Positions 26,110-36,968 of a stretch of 64,000 nucleotides of DNA are shown here, in pieces; positions within the stretch are counted from its first letter, which is position 1; every line of letters begins with the position of its first letter. Both the position numbers and the translations under genes were made by a program. The notes beneath the pieces are model-generated. The model searched no databases and had not been told where the DNA came from. It saw nothing but the letters and a program-made list of their open reading frames with translations. The stretch covers positions 378,129-442,128 of the forward strand of contig LCRY01000002.1 of the NCBI GenBank assembly GCA_001004905.1. Reading direction: 5' to 3'. This DNA is from Parcubacteria group bacterium GW2011_GWA1_56_13 (GTDB lineage: Bacteria > Patescibacteriota > Minisyncoccia > Phycocordibacterales > Phycocordibacteraceae).

Positions 26110-27419
26110 TATCCGGTCCAGTGGGACACGAGGATTGAAACATCGCGCAGGTCGACGGCTCCGTCGCCGTTCAGATCCGCCTTAAACCCGGCACCCGAGA
26201 GCGGCCGCCGATACCAATAGAGCATCATTGAGAAATCGATAAGGTTCACGCGACCGTTGTTATTCAGGTCGCCGATTAGTTTTTGCTGTTTCAATTTGGA
26301 AATATTTTCGTCCCCGACGAGAAAGCTAACCGATGCTCCGGAACTGCTTATTTCGTTCACGAACACCGACTTTGCCTGGGCAAGGTGGCTGCCGAGGTCG
26401 AGGACGGAACTGTCGAGATTGAAGAGATAGGCGCCGACGCCGTCCGTGGGCGTTTTAAAGAAGAGGCCGGCGTCGGAATGGACGGCGATGGTGACGGCCG
26501 AACCCGGATACGACTGGCCGAAAATGGCGATGTTGTCTCCCTGCTTCACCTCGCTTTTGTCAACATCAATGGTCGGCGCGATGAATATGCCGCCGACGGT
26601 CGTCGTATTGCCGGACGTCACCGCGGTCGGGAATGAGACCATGCTCGACCGGTTCCCCGCAGTGTCTTCGCTATAGAGCGAAAATATGTAGTCACCGGTC
26701 GAAAGTCCCGAGATCATGACCTGGAAATTCGCCTTGCTGTCTGCGGTAGTGATGGCAGCTACCTGCGCATCCTTAAGCACCGTCACACTGCTTCCCGGAT
26801 ACGCCCGACCGGAAAGCACTACCGACCCTCCGCCCACCGTCGTGATGCTTCCGCCTCCGCCTCCTCCCCCGCCGCTTGAAGCGGGCGTCGCCGACACCTG
26901 CGTCGAGGTCGCGATGACGTTCCCGACCCCGTCAAGAACGCGTACGATGAAATAGTACACGGTGCCGTTCGTAAGGCCCGTTATGGTACTTGAGAGAGAG
27001 CTTGTGGGAGACGTGTACGCATACGGACCGCCGGATACCGCCGCTTCCCCCACCGTGTAGTTCGTCGGGTTCCAGCCGAGGAACCCTTGCGATGCCGTCC
27101 AGGAAAGAGCGACTTGCGCGTTGCCGACGGTTGCGCTCACGACGGGCGTGGTCGCATACGGGAACGCGAAAAAGCCAGCGGTTTCGGTAAACGACGCGGA
27201 TGAGCTGGTGCCTACCGCCGTTCCGGATATCTCGCCGTACAACTTGAAGCTCGCCGATGCGCCGTAACCGCCGGCGCTCATGACGGGATTGAGTGATCGG
27301 TAGTTGGCGGAGGTGAATTCGTCCGCGGACGCGCTTCCTGCGGCGATGAAAAGAGCGATACCGAGAACCCCGAGCCACGGAAAGAGATTGCGCCGGGTTG
27401 GGAAAGAGCCGAAACTCAT
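26109..27419 (-). CDS. Secreted FN3 + Ig + dockerin-like protein
   Basis: FN3 (LSW...GLTNGTVYYFIV); paired GDLNNNGRVNLIDF and ADLNGDGAVDLRD Ca-binding loops. Confidence 0.75.
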   Translation of the reverse strand: MSFGSFPTRRNLFPWLGVLGIALFIAAGSASADEFTSANYRSLNPVMSAGGYGASASFKLYGEISGTAVGTSSSASFTETAGFFAFPYATTPVVSATVGNAQVALSWTASQGFLGWNPTNYTVGEAAVSGGPYAYTSPTSSLSSTITGLTNGTVYYFIVRVLDGVGNVIATSTQVSATPASSGGGGGGGGSITTVGGGSVVLSGRAYPGSSVTVLKDAQVAAITTADSKANFQVMISGLSTGDYIFSLYSEDTAGNRSSMVSFPTAVTSGNTTTVGGIFIAPTIDVDKSEVKQGDNIAIFGQSYPGSAVTIAVHSDAGLFFKTPTDGVGAYLFNLDSSVLDLGSHLAQAKSVFVNEISSSGASVSFLVGDENISKLKQQKLIGDLNNNGRVNLIDFSMMLYWYRRPLSGAGFKADLNGDGAVDLRDVSILVSHWTG

Positions 27420-27423
27420 GAAG

Positions 27424-28608
27424 CTATGGTGTCGTGTTGGACGCCGTATCTATTGTCATGGACGAGATGTCGGTGGTTTCAGATGTTGTCACGGCCGGGT
27501 CCACGACCGTGACGGTGCGCGAGGCACTCGTGGTGTTTCCCGCCGCATCAGTGGCGGAGTAAGTCAGGGTATAGAGCCCTGCGACAGCAGTATCGACCGT
27601 GCCCGATACAGTTATATGTGCCGTGAGGTCGTCGTCCACGTTGTCGGCGGCGGTCGCGCCGGGGTCGGTCCAGGTATCGCCTTTGTTGAGTTGCATCGCG
27701 GCATCGCCGTTTAGGGTCACGATTGGCGGCGTGCCGTCGGGTGATGAACTCGTCGAACCATCGCCCGAGGACACGGTGGTCGTTGCGGTTTCGGGTGGCG
27801 TGGAGGATGCTGTCGTGCTCGTAGAAGGCGTCGAGGTCGCGATCGTTTCCCCTCCGGTTCCCGATGAGGTGGTCGTAGTCGCCATTTCCTCCTGCGAGGG
27901 TCCCGGTGAAGACGCCGCTGTTGACGCTTGTGTCGGTTGCCTTTGCGTTGTCGTGTCCGTTGTTTGCGTGGTCTGCGCGACCTGCGCAGGTCGTTCCGGA
28001 TCGATGATAGGAGCGACCGGTGCCCCGACGTTCGACGTGTCCCCCGCGGCCGCCGCGACGGCGGCGGTTTCCGGCACAACCGGCGTGTATCCTTCGATAG
28101 TTCCATTCCTCGCATTCAGCATCCTTCCCACGAGACCCGAGTATTCCACGGCGACGACCTTTCCCGACTCCCCTTTTCCTTGTTCCAGTTTCTGCACCCG
28201 CTTCAGGTATGTTAATTCGTCTTTCACGTTATCACTCAATTCTTTGGTCACATGGAGGCCGAGATCCTTCCCTTCGAGACTCGCCTTGCTCACGGTCAGG
28301 ATTTTTTCGACGAACAGCGTCCGCCAAACACTGTCTTCGACCGCGAGCGTGCGGTAGGAATACGCTACGTAGTAATTCTTCTCATCGTCGGTGACGGCGT
28401 TGATGCGCAGGCCGAAATCGAAATTATCCAGATTGGCGGTGATGATGACGTGATTGTCGACTGATACCACCACCTCCTTGCTTGAGTACACAGCATCGCG
28501 CACTTGCGGACTCGCGGCATACGCGGCGCCGGAGCCGAGAAAGAGGACTCCGAGCGCTACCGTGAAGGCATTGTTGTATTTGATGAACCGAAGAACACGC
28601 TCCAGCAT
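27424..28608 (-). CDS. Surface protein with Thr/Ser linker and DUF5011-like Ig domain
   Basis: PIVTLNG...DPGATAADNVD...YSATDAAGN. Confidence 0.75.
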   Translation of the reverse strand: MLERVLRFIKYNNAFTVALGVLFLGSGAAYAASPQVRDAVYSSKEVVVSVDNHVIITANLDNFDFGLRINAVTDDEKNYYVAYSYRTLAVEDSVWRTLFVEKILTVSKASLEGKDLGLHVTKELSDNVKDELTYLKRVQKLEQGKGESGKVVAVEYSGLVGRMLNARNGTIEGYTPVVPETAAVAAAAGDTSNVGAPVAPIIDPERPAQVAQTTQTTDTTTQRQPTQASTAASSPGPSQEEMATTTTSSGTGGETIATSTPSTSTTASSTPPETATTTVSSGDGSTSSSPDGTPPIVTLNGDAAMQLNKGDTWTDPGATAADNVDDDLTAHITVSGTVDTAVAGLYTLTYSATDAAGNTTSASRTVTVVDPAVTTSETTDISSMTIDTASNTTP

Positions 28609-28653
28609 GAGTCCAGTATAGCGCGAAGCGCGCCCGCAAACGGCTTCTGTGCA

Positions 28654-31377
28654 CTAGCCGTTCAAATTGATTCCGTTGACCCTCTTCACCGAGTCGCTAG
28701 CGAGGCCGTTCAGTGTTTTCACCGAGGTTTCGTCGAGGCCGTTAAACGTGCTGATGTCGGAAGTCGGTATCGAAGGGCTTACCGACGCGGATTCTGAACT
28801 CGAAGGCGAAAATGAGGCGGAAGGGGACAAGCTTGGGGAGAGCGACGCGGAGGGCGAGCTTGACGCACTCGGGGATGGCGATGGAGAAATGGATGAGCTT
28901 GGCGAGAGAGAGGCCGATGGCGACTGGCTCGGGGATTCGGAAGCGGAGGGAGAGACAGACGGGCTCGGGGAGGCCGATGGCGACTGGCTCGGGGATTCAG
29001 AGGCAGAGGGAGAGAGCGAAGCGGAGGGAGACAGTGATGGCGAAACCGATGATGAGGGAGAGAGCGAGGCGGAAGGCGAAAGAGAGGGCGAAGCGGAACT
29101 CGAGGGAGAGATGGATGCGCTCGGAGATATCGAGGGACTTTCAGATGCGGAAGGCGAAAGCGAGGCGGATGGGCTAAGCGACGGCGAAACTGACGAGCTC
29201 GGTGAAAGCGACGCGCTCGGGGAAAGCGACGGACTTTCTGACGCCGAAGGCGAAAGTGAGGGAGAGACAGACGGGCTCGGGGAGGCCGAGGGCGACTGGC
29301 TCGGGGATTCAGAACTTGAAGGCGAGAGCGAAGCTGAGGGGGAAAGGCTCGGAGATTCGGAACTTGAGGGCGATAACGAAGCGGAGGGAGAGAGCGAAGG
29401 AGAAGCCGAGGCGGAGGGAGAGATTGAGGCGGAGGGAGAGATTGAGGAGGATTCAGAGGCAGAGGGAGAGAGAGACGCCGACGGCGAGAGTGAAGGACTT
29501 TCAGACGTGGATGGCGAGAGCGAGGCGGAGGGAGAGATTGAGGGCGATTCGGATGCCGAAGGCGACTGGCTCGGGGATTCAGAAGCGGAGGGAGAGAGCG
29601 ATGCCGATGGTGAGAGCGACGGGGAGATGGATGAGCTTGGCGAGAGTGAAGCCGAGGGAGAGAACGATGGCGACTCAGACGCTGAGGGCGAGAGTGAAGC
29701 TGAGGGCGAGAGCGACGGAGAAACGGAAGAACTCGGCGAGAGCGAGGCGCTGGGAGAGAGGGACGGCGATTCAGAAGTTGAGGGTGAGAGCGAGGCGGAA
29801 GGTGAGAATGACGGGGACTCGGATGCGGATGGAGAGAGTGAGGCGGATGGGCTGAGCGATGGCGATTCAGAAGTTGAGGGTGAGAGCGAGGCTGACGGAG
29901 ATTGACTCGGCGATTCGGAGGCGGATGGGCTCAGGGATGCAGACGGAGAGAGCGAGGGGGAAACAGAGGAACTTGGCGAGAGCGAGGATGACGGAGAAAG
30001 CGAGGGCGATTCGGATGCCGAGGGTGAAAGAGATGCAGAGGGAGAGAGCGAGGGTGATTCGGAGGCGGATGGGCTCAACGATGCCGAGGGTGACAGAGAG
30101 GGAGAAGCCGATGAGCTTGGCGAGAGCGAGGCGCTCGGAGATAACGATGGTGATTCAGAAGCCGAGGGCGACAACGACGCAGACGGGCTTAAGGACGGTG
30201 AAACCGACGAACTTGGCGAGAGCGAGGCTGACGGAGATTGACTCGGCGATTCGGAGGCGGATGGGCTCAGGGATGCAGACGGAGAGAGCGAAGGTGATTC
30301 GGAAGCGGATGGGCTCAACGATGCCGAGGGTGACAGAGAGGGAGAAGCCGATGAGCTTGGTGAGAGCGAGGATGAAGGAGAGAGGGATGGAGATATCGAA
30401 GAGGAAGGCGACAATGAAGCTGATGGGGAGAAAGACGGACTTTCAGAAGTCGATGGGGATAATGATGCTGAGGGAGAGAGCGAAGCGGATGGGGAAAGGG
30501 AGGGAGAAACGGAAGAGCTTTGCGCCGCTTGCGATGGCGAAACGGAAGCCGAAGGCGAAAGCGATGGGGATTCCGATGTCGAGGGGCTAAGCGAAGCTGA
30601 TGGGGAGAAGGACGGACTTTCAGAAGTCGATGGGGATAATGATGCTGAGGGAGAGAGTGAGGGTGATTCGGATGTAGACGGGCTAAGCGATGCTGAGGGA
30701 GAGAGTGAGGGTGATTCGGATGTAGACGGGCTAAGCGATGCAGACGGAGAGAGCGAGGGTGATTCGGATGACGAGGGAGAGAGAGACGGTGACTCCGATG
30801 GAGACTCTGAGGGCGATTGAGAGGAAGACGGCGAGAGGCTCGGTGATTCGGAAGGTGATTCGGAAGGTGATTCGGAAGGGCTTACCGAGGAAGACGGCGT
30901 CGGCGGCGTGAAGTCAACCGTGCACGTAACGAAATCGATGGAAAAAGTGACCGCGTCGGTATCGTTCCCCCGGATGCTCCGCAACCGGGCCCTGACGTTA
31001 TTGGCGGTTCTCAGGTCAGCGAGCGTTACGCCCGAGGTGACTTGATGTTCCAGGAGCGTGTCTACTGTCTTCTCCGTCGCGTCGCTCTGTTCCGAACCAA
31101 CTGCCGAGGTGCCGATGAACACCTGTATCGCCTGCGTGGCGATCGACATGTTGGTACTGACCTTGTATTGGAGGGAAACCGTAACCGAATTGATCGTTGA
31201 GCTGTCGGGGATGAGCGCGGTGTCAAACGCGGGGAATCCGAAATATGCCGAGATTTCGGCGTTTTTGCCGGGTGCGGCGGTCGCGTACTGAGTATTGTCG
31301 CCATCGTAGGCCAGCTGGGGGTTCGTGTATCCCGTCGTGATGGCTGTATGGGCATTGGCGTTCTGTGTGACAGCCAT
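28654..31377 (-). CDS. Ser/Pro-rich repeat protein (putative glycoprotein)
   Basis: About 710 aa of SPS(A/S/T)S(L/E/V/I) repeats between a ~160-aa N-domain and a short NGL-repeat C-terminus. Confidence 0.85.
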   Translation of the reverse strand: MAVTQNANAHTAITTGYTNPQLAYDGDNTQYATAAPGKNAEISAYFGFPAFDTALIPDSSTINSVTVSLQYKVSTNMSIATQAIQVFIGTSAVGSEQSDATEKTVDTLLEHQVTSGVTLADLRTANNVRARLRSIRGNDTDAVTFSIDFVTCTVDFTPPTPSSSVSPSESPSESPSESPSLSPSSSQSPSESPSESPSLSPSSSESPSLSPSASLSPSTSESPSLSPSASLSPSTSESPSLSPSASLSPSTSESPSFSPSASLSPSTSESPSLSPSASVSPSQAAQSSSVSPSLSPSASLSPSASLSPSTSESPSFSPSASLSPSSSISPSLSPSSSLSPSSSASPSLSPSASLSPSASESPSLSPSASLSPSASESPSQSPSASLSPSSSVSPSLSPSASLSPSASESPSLSPSASLSPSSSASPSLSPSASLSPSASESPSLSPSASLSPSASESPSLSPSSSLSPSSSVSPSLSPSASLSPSASESPSQSPSASLSPSTSESPSLSPSASLSPSASESPSFSPSASLSPSTSESPSLSPSASLSPSSSVSPSLSPSASLSPSASESPSFSPSASLSPSSSISPSLSPSASLSPSASESPSQSPSASESPSISPSASLSPSTSESPSLSPSASLSPSASESSSISPSASISPSASASPSLSPSASLSPSSSESPSLSPSASLSPSSSESPSQSPSASPSPSVSPSLSPSASESPSLSPSASLSPSSSVSPSLSPSASLSPSASESPSISPSASISPSSSASPSLSPSASLSPSSSVSPSLSPSASLSPSASESPSQSPSASPSPSVSPSASESPSQSPSASLSPSSSISPSPSPSASSSPSASLSPSLSPSASFSPSSSESASVSPSIPTSDISTFNGLDETSVKTLNGLASDSVKRVNGINLNG
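28780..30900. repeat. Coding tandem repeat array with longer internal duplications
   Basis: 12/18-nt units; e.g. ~29883-29955 recurs at ~30219-30290; boundaries approximate. Confidence 0.85.
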
Positions 31378-31380
31378 AAC

Positions 31381-31836
31381 CTATCGCATGATTTTATTCC
31401 ACTCCTCTTCCGTCCAATTATTCAAAAAGTCCCTCTCCCCCTTCACCGAACCGCGGTAATTGATGCTGTGATGTTGCTTCTTCCCCACGCGCTTGCACTC
31501 GCTCCACGCTTTTTTCACATCGAGAACATACTCCCACGCACTGATGGCATGAACCAGGTCAAAGCTGCCGTCTGCGAACGGCAGCGTTTCCACCGAGGCC
31601 TTCAGTACGTATCCTTTGGCGCAGGTATGTTCGAGCGCATAATCGGATACTTCTATGCCCCACGCGTCAAAGCCGCGCTCGCGTAATAGTTTGACCAGAT
31701 AGCCGCATCCGGTGCCGATGTCCAAAATTTTGCATACGCCATATTTTTTCTCCAGCCAGTCGGCGACCGCTTCATAGAACGCATGCCTATGGATAGTTCC
31801 CCAGAGGTCTTCGTAGTATTTCCGATCAAAAATCAT
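31381..31836 (-). CDS. Class I SAM-dependent methyltransferase
   Basis: ILDIGTGCG, LPFADGSFDLV; start taken at MIFDRKYY. Confidence 0.85.
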   Translation of the reverse strand: MIFDRKYYEDLWGTIHRHAFYEAVADWLEKKYGVCKILDIGTGCGYLVKLLRERGFDAWGIEVSDYALEHTCAKGYVLKASVETLPFADGSFDLVHAISAWEYVLDVKKAWSECKRVGKKQHHSINYRGSVKGERDFLNNWTEEEWNKIMR

Positions 31837-31970
31837 AGGCCCCTCATACGTAGATAGTACTCCATACTCCCCCTCTTCTGCTTTCCCAAATTTGGCGCCA
31901 CGACTTGCGGCGACAGGTAGCACGGTATCTCTTTTTAAGAGCCGGTCTCGGTGTGGAGCGCCACTGTCCT

Positions 31971-33722
31971 TTACGTCGCCCCCTGAAGGTCGAGTAGTTT
32001 GCGCACGTTGTCCCATCCGGGAATAGTGTCGACAGTCGCTTCCTTCCAGAAGGCCGGCTTGCGGCGGAACTGGTCCTGGCTCCAGCGCGCGCGGGTCAGG
32101 TTTTTGCCGTGCTTGATGTCAATCGAGGGCGCGGCGGACTGATACGTCTCGAAGCCGTACCAGTGTTCCCATTTGATGCGGCCGTGGGTCATCGGCTCGA
32201 AGCCAATGCGGTAAGAGAAGCCCTCCTTCTCGACAAGCGCCACCCGCTCCCGGAAATGATTTAGGAGTGCTCGCCGACAGGCGACGAGGCCCGACAAGGG
32301 GCTCACGTTGTACTGGATGGCGAATCCGTCCGAGGCGCGCAGGAACCAGTAGTTGCTGTCGTAGTAAAAGACGTCCTCGCGCGGCGGCACGAAGTCGAAG
32401 TGCGAAGGGTGGTAGAGCACGTCGTGTTCGGCGAGGAAGACGACGTCGGTGCCGAGCGTCTCGAGGCCGACGAGTATCTGCTTGAACAGCGTGATGTAGC
32501 TTCGCTTGAGCGGGAGCACGACATTCCTGCCGAACGCGGTCGGCTTGAGCGAGACGGAAACGAGCGGCAACCGTTTGCGCCGCGCGATTTTTTCGAGCTG
32601 GCGCTGGCAAACGCGCTGAATCTTTTCGTCGAGCTCGTTGTCAGTGTAGTAAAGAATGCCCATGCTTGGCACGCGCTTCGGGTCCCGGGGTTCCGAGGGA
32701 GCCGGCACGGCTTCGGTCGGCGCCTGCGGCTCCGGGAGCGGCTCGACATCTTCGGCCCGCGCCGCGCGCTCGTTCTGGAGCGGCCACGCCTTGAGCTTTG
32801 CGAACGCCTCCTCGCTCCATCCCGGTACTGGCCAGAATTTCTCGAGAAGCCACGAGAGTGGGCGCACCTGCTTCTCCCACTTATTGTCGAAAAAGAGCTC
32901 GCGCGCCGTCTTCTTCGCGGCCTGCACCTTGCTCCCCGGGTTCTCGTAAGGGAAGCCGAAGTCGCCGCCCTGTGTCCTGAACATATGCGCATACCACGTC
33001 TGGTGGTTCACAAGTACCCTGCCCCCCGAGAGCCACGTCTTGCAGGCCACCTCGATGCCCTGTGAGCCCCACGAGCCGAACGTCTCGTCGCTTATGCCGA
33101 GTTCCCAGTATTTGTCGCGGGTCAGCATGAAGCAGGAACCTTGAATGGACATCGACTCCGTGAGGCCGGTCGCAAGCGCCTTCTTATATTCAGGGCGGCG
33201 CCTGAAATCCCTGAAGTACTGAAAGTGTGGTTCCTGGTCGAAGCAGTAGGAGTCGCTCTGCGGATTCGTCTTCGGTATCCAGACCACGTCCTTCTCGGCC
33301 GGCTTGCCGCACTCCTTACAGGGCCCGGAGGGGCTCTGGTACCGGACGTGCCCGTCCGGGCACACCCAGTTGAACGCGTGGAGATTGCGCATCACTGGCA
33401 CCATCGTCACGTCGTCGCCGACTTCTTTGAACGCCGCGAGCATCTTGATGTCGAATCCTTGGTCGAACGCGCAGTGCGCATCGCACTTCATCACGTACTT
33501 CGCCTCCGAAAGCCGCGCCGCCTGGTTGGTCGCCGCGCGCTGGCCCTTCGCCTCAGGGTTGCGGATGATCTTGAGCCGCGGGTCTTCCGGCAGGTCCGCC
33601 GCGTAGCCGTCGAGGACCGCGATAACCTCCGTGTCCCCTTCCCGGTGGCTCAAAATGTCCTCGATGGTCCGTGTGAGGAATTCTTCGTTGCGAGCGGGAA
33701 TGAGTATCGAGAGGTCTGCCAT
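31971..33722 (-). CDS. GT2 glycosyltransferase fused to a second GT-A-like domain
   Basis: LSILIPARNE, CDAH; second domain LAEHDVLY. Confidence 0.85.
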   Translation of the reverse strand: MADLSILIPARNEEFLTRTIEDILSHREGDTEVIAVLDGYAADLPEDPRLKIIRNPEAKGQRAATNQAARLSEAKYVMKCDAHCAFDQGFDIKMLAAFKEVGDDVTMVPVMRNLHAFNWVCPDGHVRYQSPSGPCKECGKPAEKDVVWIPKTNPQSDSYCFDQEPHFQYFRDFRRRPEYKKALATGLTESMSIQGSCFMLTRDKYWELGISDETFGSWGSQGIEVACKTWLSGGRVLVNHQTWYAHMFRTQGGDFGFPYENPGSKVQAAKKTARELFFDNKWEKQVRPLSWLLEKFWPVPGWSEEAFAKLKAWPLQNERAARAEDVEPLPEPQAPTEAVPAPSEPRDPKRVPSMGILYYTDNELDEKIQRVCQRQLEKIARRKRLPLVSVSLKPTAFGRNVVLPLKRSYITLFKQILVGLETLGTDVVFLAEHDVLYHPSHFDFVPPREDVFYYDSNYWFLRASDGFAIQYNVSPLSGLVACRRALLNHFRERVALVEKEGFSYRIGFEPMTHGRIKWEHWYGFETYQSAAPSIDIKHGKNLTRARWSQDQFRRKPAFWKEATVDTIPGWDNVRKLLDLQGAT

Positions 33723-33741
33723 GCTTGGCGCTAGTATCTCA

Positions 33742-34446
33742 CTATTTCTTCATAAACGAAACTTGTTTTTCTTGGCTTAAATTATGGAATAAAGCGCCTG
33801 GATTGAGCTCTTTTCGGTCGTGGAACCGCCCGATGGGGAACAGGTAGATATCCGGACCGAGGACGGGCGCTGTTCCCGCGAACGCGCGGTTCCACTTGCC
33901 GTTGAAATAGCAATCGTCCCCTTTTTTGCTCGCCGGATGGTAGCCGAGCGTGCAGGTCTCGGGCGCGTAGCCCCCCAGCTGATCGAATATCTCTTTTTTC
34001 ATGACGAAGGTGTTGCCGTGCACGCTCGCGTCCATCCTCTCCCCGCTGTAACCGAACTCCGTAAGCGCTTTCCTGTCCTGGGTGAGTGTCCCGTCAGACA
34101 AGAGGAGCGCTATCTGTCGGCGGAATATCATTTTGTTCCCCGTGAAGGCGCGCGTGGCCTCAAGCGCTTCGCGCGAGATGATGTGGTCAAGGTCGGTCAT
34201 GAAAAGATACTCTCCGCGCGCCTGCGAAGCGCCTAGATTCCGGCCGAGCCCCTGCGTCCAGGCCAGGTTATTGTGCGTCTGGAGAATGCGCATGTTTTTC
34301 ATCTCGCCCTGAAGCGGCGGGTCGCTCCCGTCATCGACAAAAATAAATTCGACGTCGTTCGGCGGGTTCATTTTCTTGAAGTATGCGAGCTGCCGCGCGA
34401 ACGCCCCGTGCGAGTTGTATATCGAGATGACGATCGAAACCTTCAT
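33742..34446 (-). CDS. GT2 glycosyltransferase
   Basis: VSIVISIYN, VDDGS, TDLD. Confidence 0.88.
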   Translation of the reverse strand: MKVSIVISIYNSHGAFARQLAYFKKMNPPNDVEFIFVDDGSDPPLQGEMKNMRILQTHNNLAWTQGLGRNLGASQARGEYLFMTDLDHIISREALEATRAFTGNKMIFRRQIALLLSDGTLTQDRKALTEFGYSGERMDASVHGNTFVMKKEIFDQLGGYAPETCTLGYHPASKKGDDCYFNGKWNRAFAGTAPVLGPDIYLFPIGRFHDRKELNPGALFHNLSQEKQVSFMKK

Positions 34447-34458
34447 ATTGTGCTTGCT

Positions 34459-35112
34459 CTAATAATTTAACCCTACCCTGACGTCGCCGATATGCATAAC
34501 CCTCGGCGCATCGGTGCGCTTGCCCCAGTATGCGCATTTGGCGTTCGCATCTTTGAAGAGCATGCGTCCATACTGGCGTTCCGAGTACGGGACATCGGGC
34601 CAAGGATAATCGTAGACAAGAGATTTGTTATACACGCAGGGATTGCAGGAAAAATTATTCCGGTGTTCCACCCAATAGTGAACGCCGTCGGTTTTGTCTT
34701 CATATCGCTCTGGATGCGAAGCTATTATTCCTCCCTTTTTCCGCTCCCGCGAACCGATTGGCTGCCGGAGAAGCACTATTTCTTTGAGATGGGGGTTATT
34801 CCCCATGACCTTGATCATGTCAGCGACAGCCACGTCTTCCATAAAAAGAAAATCGTCTTCCAGGTGGAAAACCCACTCATTGGCATCCTCTTTGAGCTTC
34901 TGCCAGGCGGAGATCATGGCTTTTGCGAATCCGACCCGATCGGTGGCCGCGATCTCGTACTTGAATCGCTCAAGCCACTTTCGGTACGTATTATCCCCCG
35001 AATCATCATGGATCAATACCCGAGAAAAGGAGGCGTGAAGTTTCCCGAGCGTGGAGAGAGTCCGCTCGAGATATTCCCCGCGTCCATTGGTCATGATGAG
35101 AAGCGTCACCAT
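34459..35112 (-). CDS. GT2-like glycosyltransferase
   Basis: HDDSG, HLEDDF, HIG. Confidence 0.8.
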   Translation of the reverse strand: MVTLLIMTNGRGEYLERTLSTLGKLHASFSRVLIHDDSGDNTYRKWLERFKYEIAATDRVGFAKAMISAWQKLKEDANEWVFHLEDDFLFMEDVAVADMIKVMGNNPHLKEIVLLRQPIGSRERKKGGIIASHPERYEDKTDGVHYWVEHRNNFSCNPCVYNKSLVYDYPWPDVPYSERQYGRMLFKDANAKCAYWGKRTDAPRVMHIGDVRVGLNY

Positions 35113-35612
35113 AAGGTGTCAAGAGGAGTCGTGTTACTGAGGACGGTCGTCCATGGTATATAGCGGTCGAAATCCTTTCGATACTTGAATTCGGGAAATG
35201 CGATTTGGTACATATTTTTCCGAACGACGTTTGAATCGTGGATGACAATGTAGTCGGCGCTATTCTTAAGATGAACTGCGGTTTTGCCTCTCGTGTGCCC
35301 GCCATGGTCAATAAGGATGATGCTGTAATGCCCTGTATTTGGTATTGAGAGATAGTCATCAATAAGATGAACTGCGTGGTTTTCTGACCTATATTCCTCG
35401 GCTAACTTGATGAAGTTCTTGTCGCTCTCGTATGTGACAAGGGAACGTTTTGTCTCGGCGCATAACCAGTGAAGAAGGGGCGTGCTGTAGATCCCGGATC
35501 CCACTTCCATGATCGGTCCCGTAGTCATGGCGGCCAGTTTCAGCAACACAGGCATGTGGGTCGACCATCCTTGTTCGATATTTATGGAGAGTGATTTATC
35601 CGAATGGCGCAT
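35106..35612 (-). CDS. Methyltransferase-like protein
   Basis: IMEVGSGIYST, ILIDH, VIHDS. Confidence 0.6.
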   Translation of the reverse strand: MRHSDKSLSINIEQGWSTHMPVLLKLAAMTTGPIMEVGSGIYSTPLLHWLCAETKRSLVTYESDKNFIKLAEEYRSENHAVHLIDDYLSIPNTGHYSIILIDHGGHTRGKTAVHLKNSADYIVIHDSNVVRKNMYQIAFPEFKYRKDFDRYIPWTTVLSNTTPLDTLW

Positions 35613-35615
35613 AAT

Positions 35616-36302
35616 TTAATAGCCGTGCCTCGTAAACAGTTCGATGAGGTGCGCGGGGAGGAGCGGCTTCACGTCCTTATAGAGCTCTTTCATGCGGGGA
35701 TGGAAATGAAATACCTTGACGGGCTTTTCCGCTTTGGCAAACATCAGCTCGTTATGCCGCATGCGGCCTAAGTTATACGTATTGTTCAGTTTTATATACC
35801 GGTCATTTATATTGTCCACGTTCCTCGATGTTAAACGATACAAGGCTATTTCTTCGTTGACGCGTTTGTCGTTCATGGTCCGCCGAATGAGTTCGAACAG
35901 GTCTTTCGCCCGAGGCGAGAAAAAGAAACTGCCGGTATTCCACATTTCATTGAATCCGTAATCGGTAAAAGCGGCATCCTTATCCCCCAATACGTCCGCC
36001 GGAAATGCACTCACTTGGTAGGCATCGAAATCATGGAACCAACACACACCATCAAGTGCGCCAGTATCCAATAGATGACAAATGACATTTATCTTGCTAG
36101 CCCGTTTTCGATGTGTACAAAATAATTCATCGGGTACCACGATTGCATTAACCCCTTCATAAGAATATGGAAAATTGGTTACCAGGAGGATATCTTCCCT
36201 GTTCCATATCCGTAAAGAATTATCAATTTGCACTTTAACCAGGCCCGCATAATCTTTGGTAAATTCTTTTGACGGATGTATATATGCCATCAAGTTTTTC
36301 AT
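35616..36302 (-). CDS. GT-A-fold glycosyltransferase-like protein
   Basis: HDFD (DxD), WNTGSFF, NNTYN, FHFH. Confidence 0.65.
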   Translation of the reverse strand: MKNLMAYIHPSKEFTKDYAGLVKVQIDNSLRIWNREDILLVTNFPYSYEGVNAIVVPDELFCTHRKRASKINVICHLLDTGALDGVCWFHDFDAYQVSAFPADVLGDKDAAFTDYGFNEMWNTGSFFFSPRAKDLFELIRRTMNDKRVNEEIALYRLTSRNVDNINDRYIKLNNTYNLGRMRHNELMFAKAEKPVKVFHFHPRMKELYKDVKPLLPAHLIELFTRHGY

Positions 36303-36967
36303 AGCGAAAGCGAGGCTCGCAGCAAGGTCAAGTCGCCCCAAAATGGAAGCGACTCGCGCGGCGGATGCCGGCGCGAGTGGGAAGAGTAGCGGCTCACGTT
36401 GTTCAGCGTTTTAAAGGTGATAACGGGCTCATCGGACGTCCACACGAATTTTGGGTCCGTCCCGAGATGATACGCCCTGTTACTCGGCTTGTCCTCCTCG
36501 GTATACCAGCGCATTTCCTTCCCGAAGACCTGTCCGATGTATAAGCGCCAAAAGTCCTTGCGAATCACTTGCGCGCCGTCCGAGTATCGCTTGAAGAAAG
36601 CCAAATCCGGCTCTGACGCCGTTTTCGGTCGGATATAGGCAAGCCATACGTTGCCGTATCGATAATAATCCGCGCCGTCGGGCCGGAATGCGAAATAGGC
36701 GGGCGGGTACAGCACATCGGCTTCGGCTGTGATGACGTAGTCGGTTTTGACCGCATCGAGCCCGATTTGGATTTGGCGAAATTCGTTCCCGTAGCATGGG
36801 TGATGCCGCCCGACGCAAATGTTCTCTCCAAAGCCGGGGGCCGGCTCCTGTGTCACGGAGACGAGCGGCAGGTTGCCCTTGTGTTTGAGCAGATTCTCGC
36901 GGATTTTCGCCTCGAATGCGGGTTCTTCTGCATTCGCAGAGTAGTAGAGGACGGTAAGATTGTTCAT
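36299..36967 (-). CDS. Glycosyltransferase-like protein
   Basis: AEADVLYPP; similar to the C-domain of 31971..33722. Confidence 0.65.
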   Translation of the reverse strand: MNNLTVLYYSANAEEPAFEAKIRENLLKHKGNLPLVSVTQEPAPGFGENICVGRHHPCYGNEFRQIQIGLDAVKTDYVITAEADVLYPPAYFAFRPDGADYYRYGNVWLAYIRPKTASEPDLAFFKRYSDGAQVIRKDFWRLYIGQVFGKEMRWYTEEDKPSNRAYHLGTDPKFVWTSDEPVITFKTLNNVSRYSSHSRRHPPRESLPFWGDLTLLRASLSL

Positions 36968-36968
36968 A

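Noticed and set aside
28667-30590. Long acidic plus-strand ORFs (EGESEA repeats)
   Set aside because: Antisense shadows of the Ser/Pro repeat gene; interrupted by stops and opposite to the operon direction
28780-30900. Possible CRISPR array
   Set aside because: Units are degenerate in-frame coding repeats with no unique spacers; no cas genes in the window
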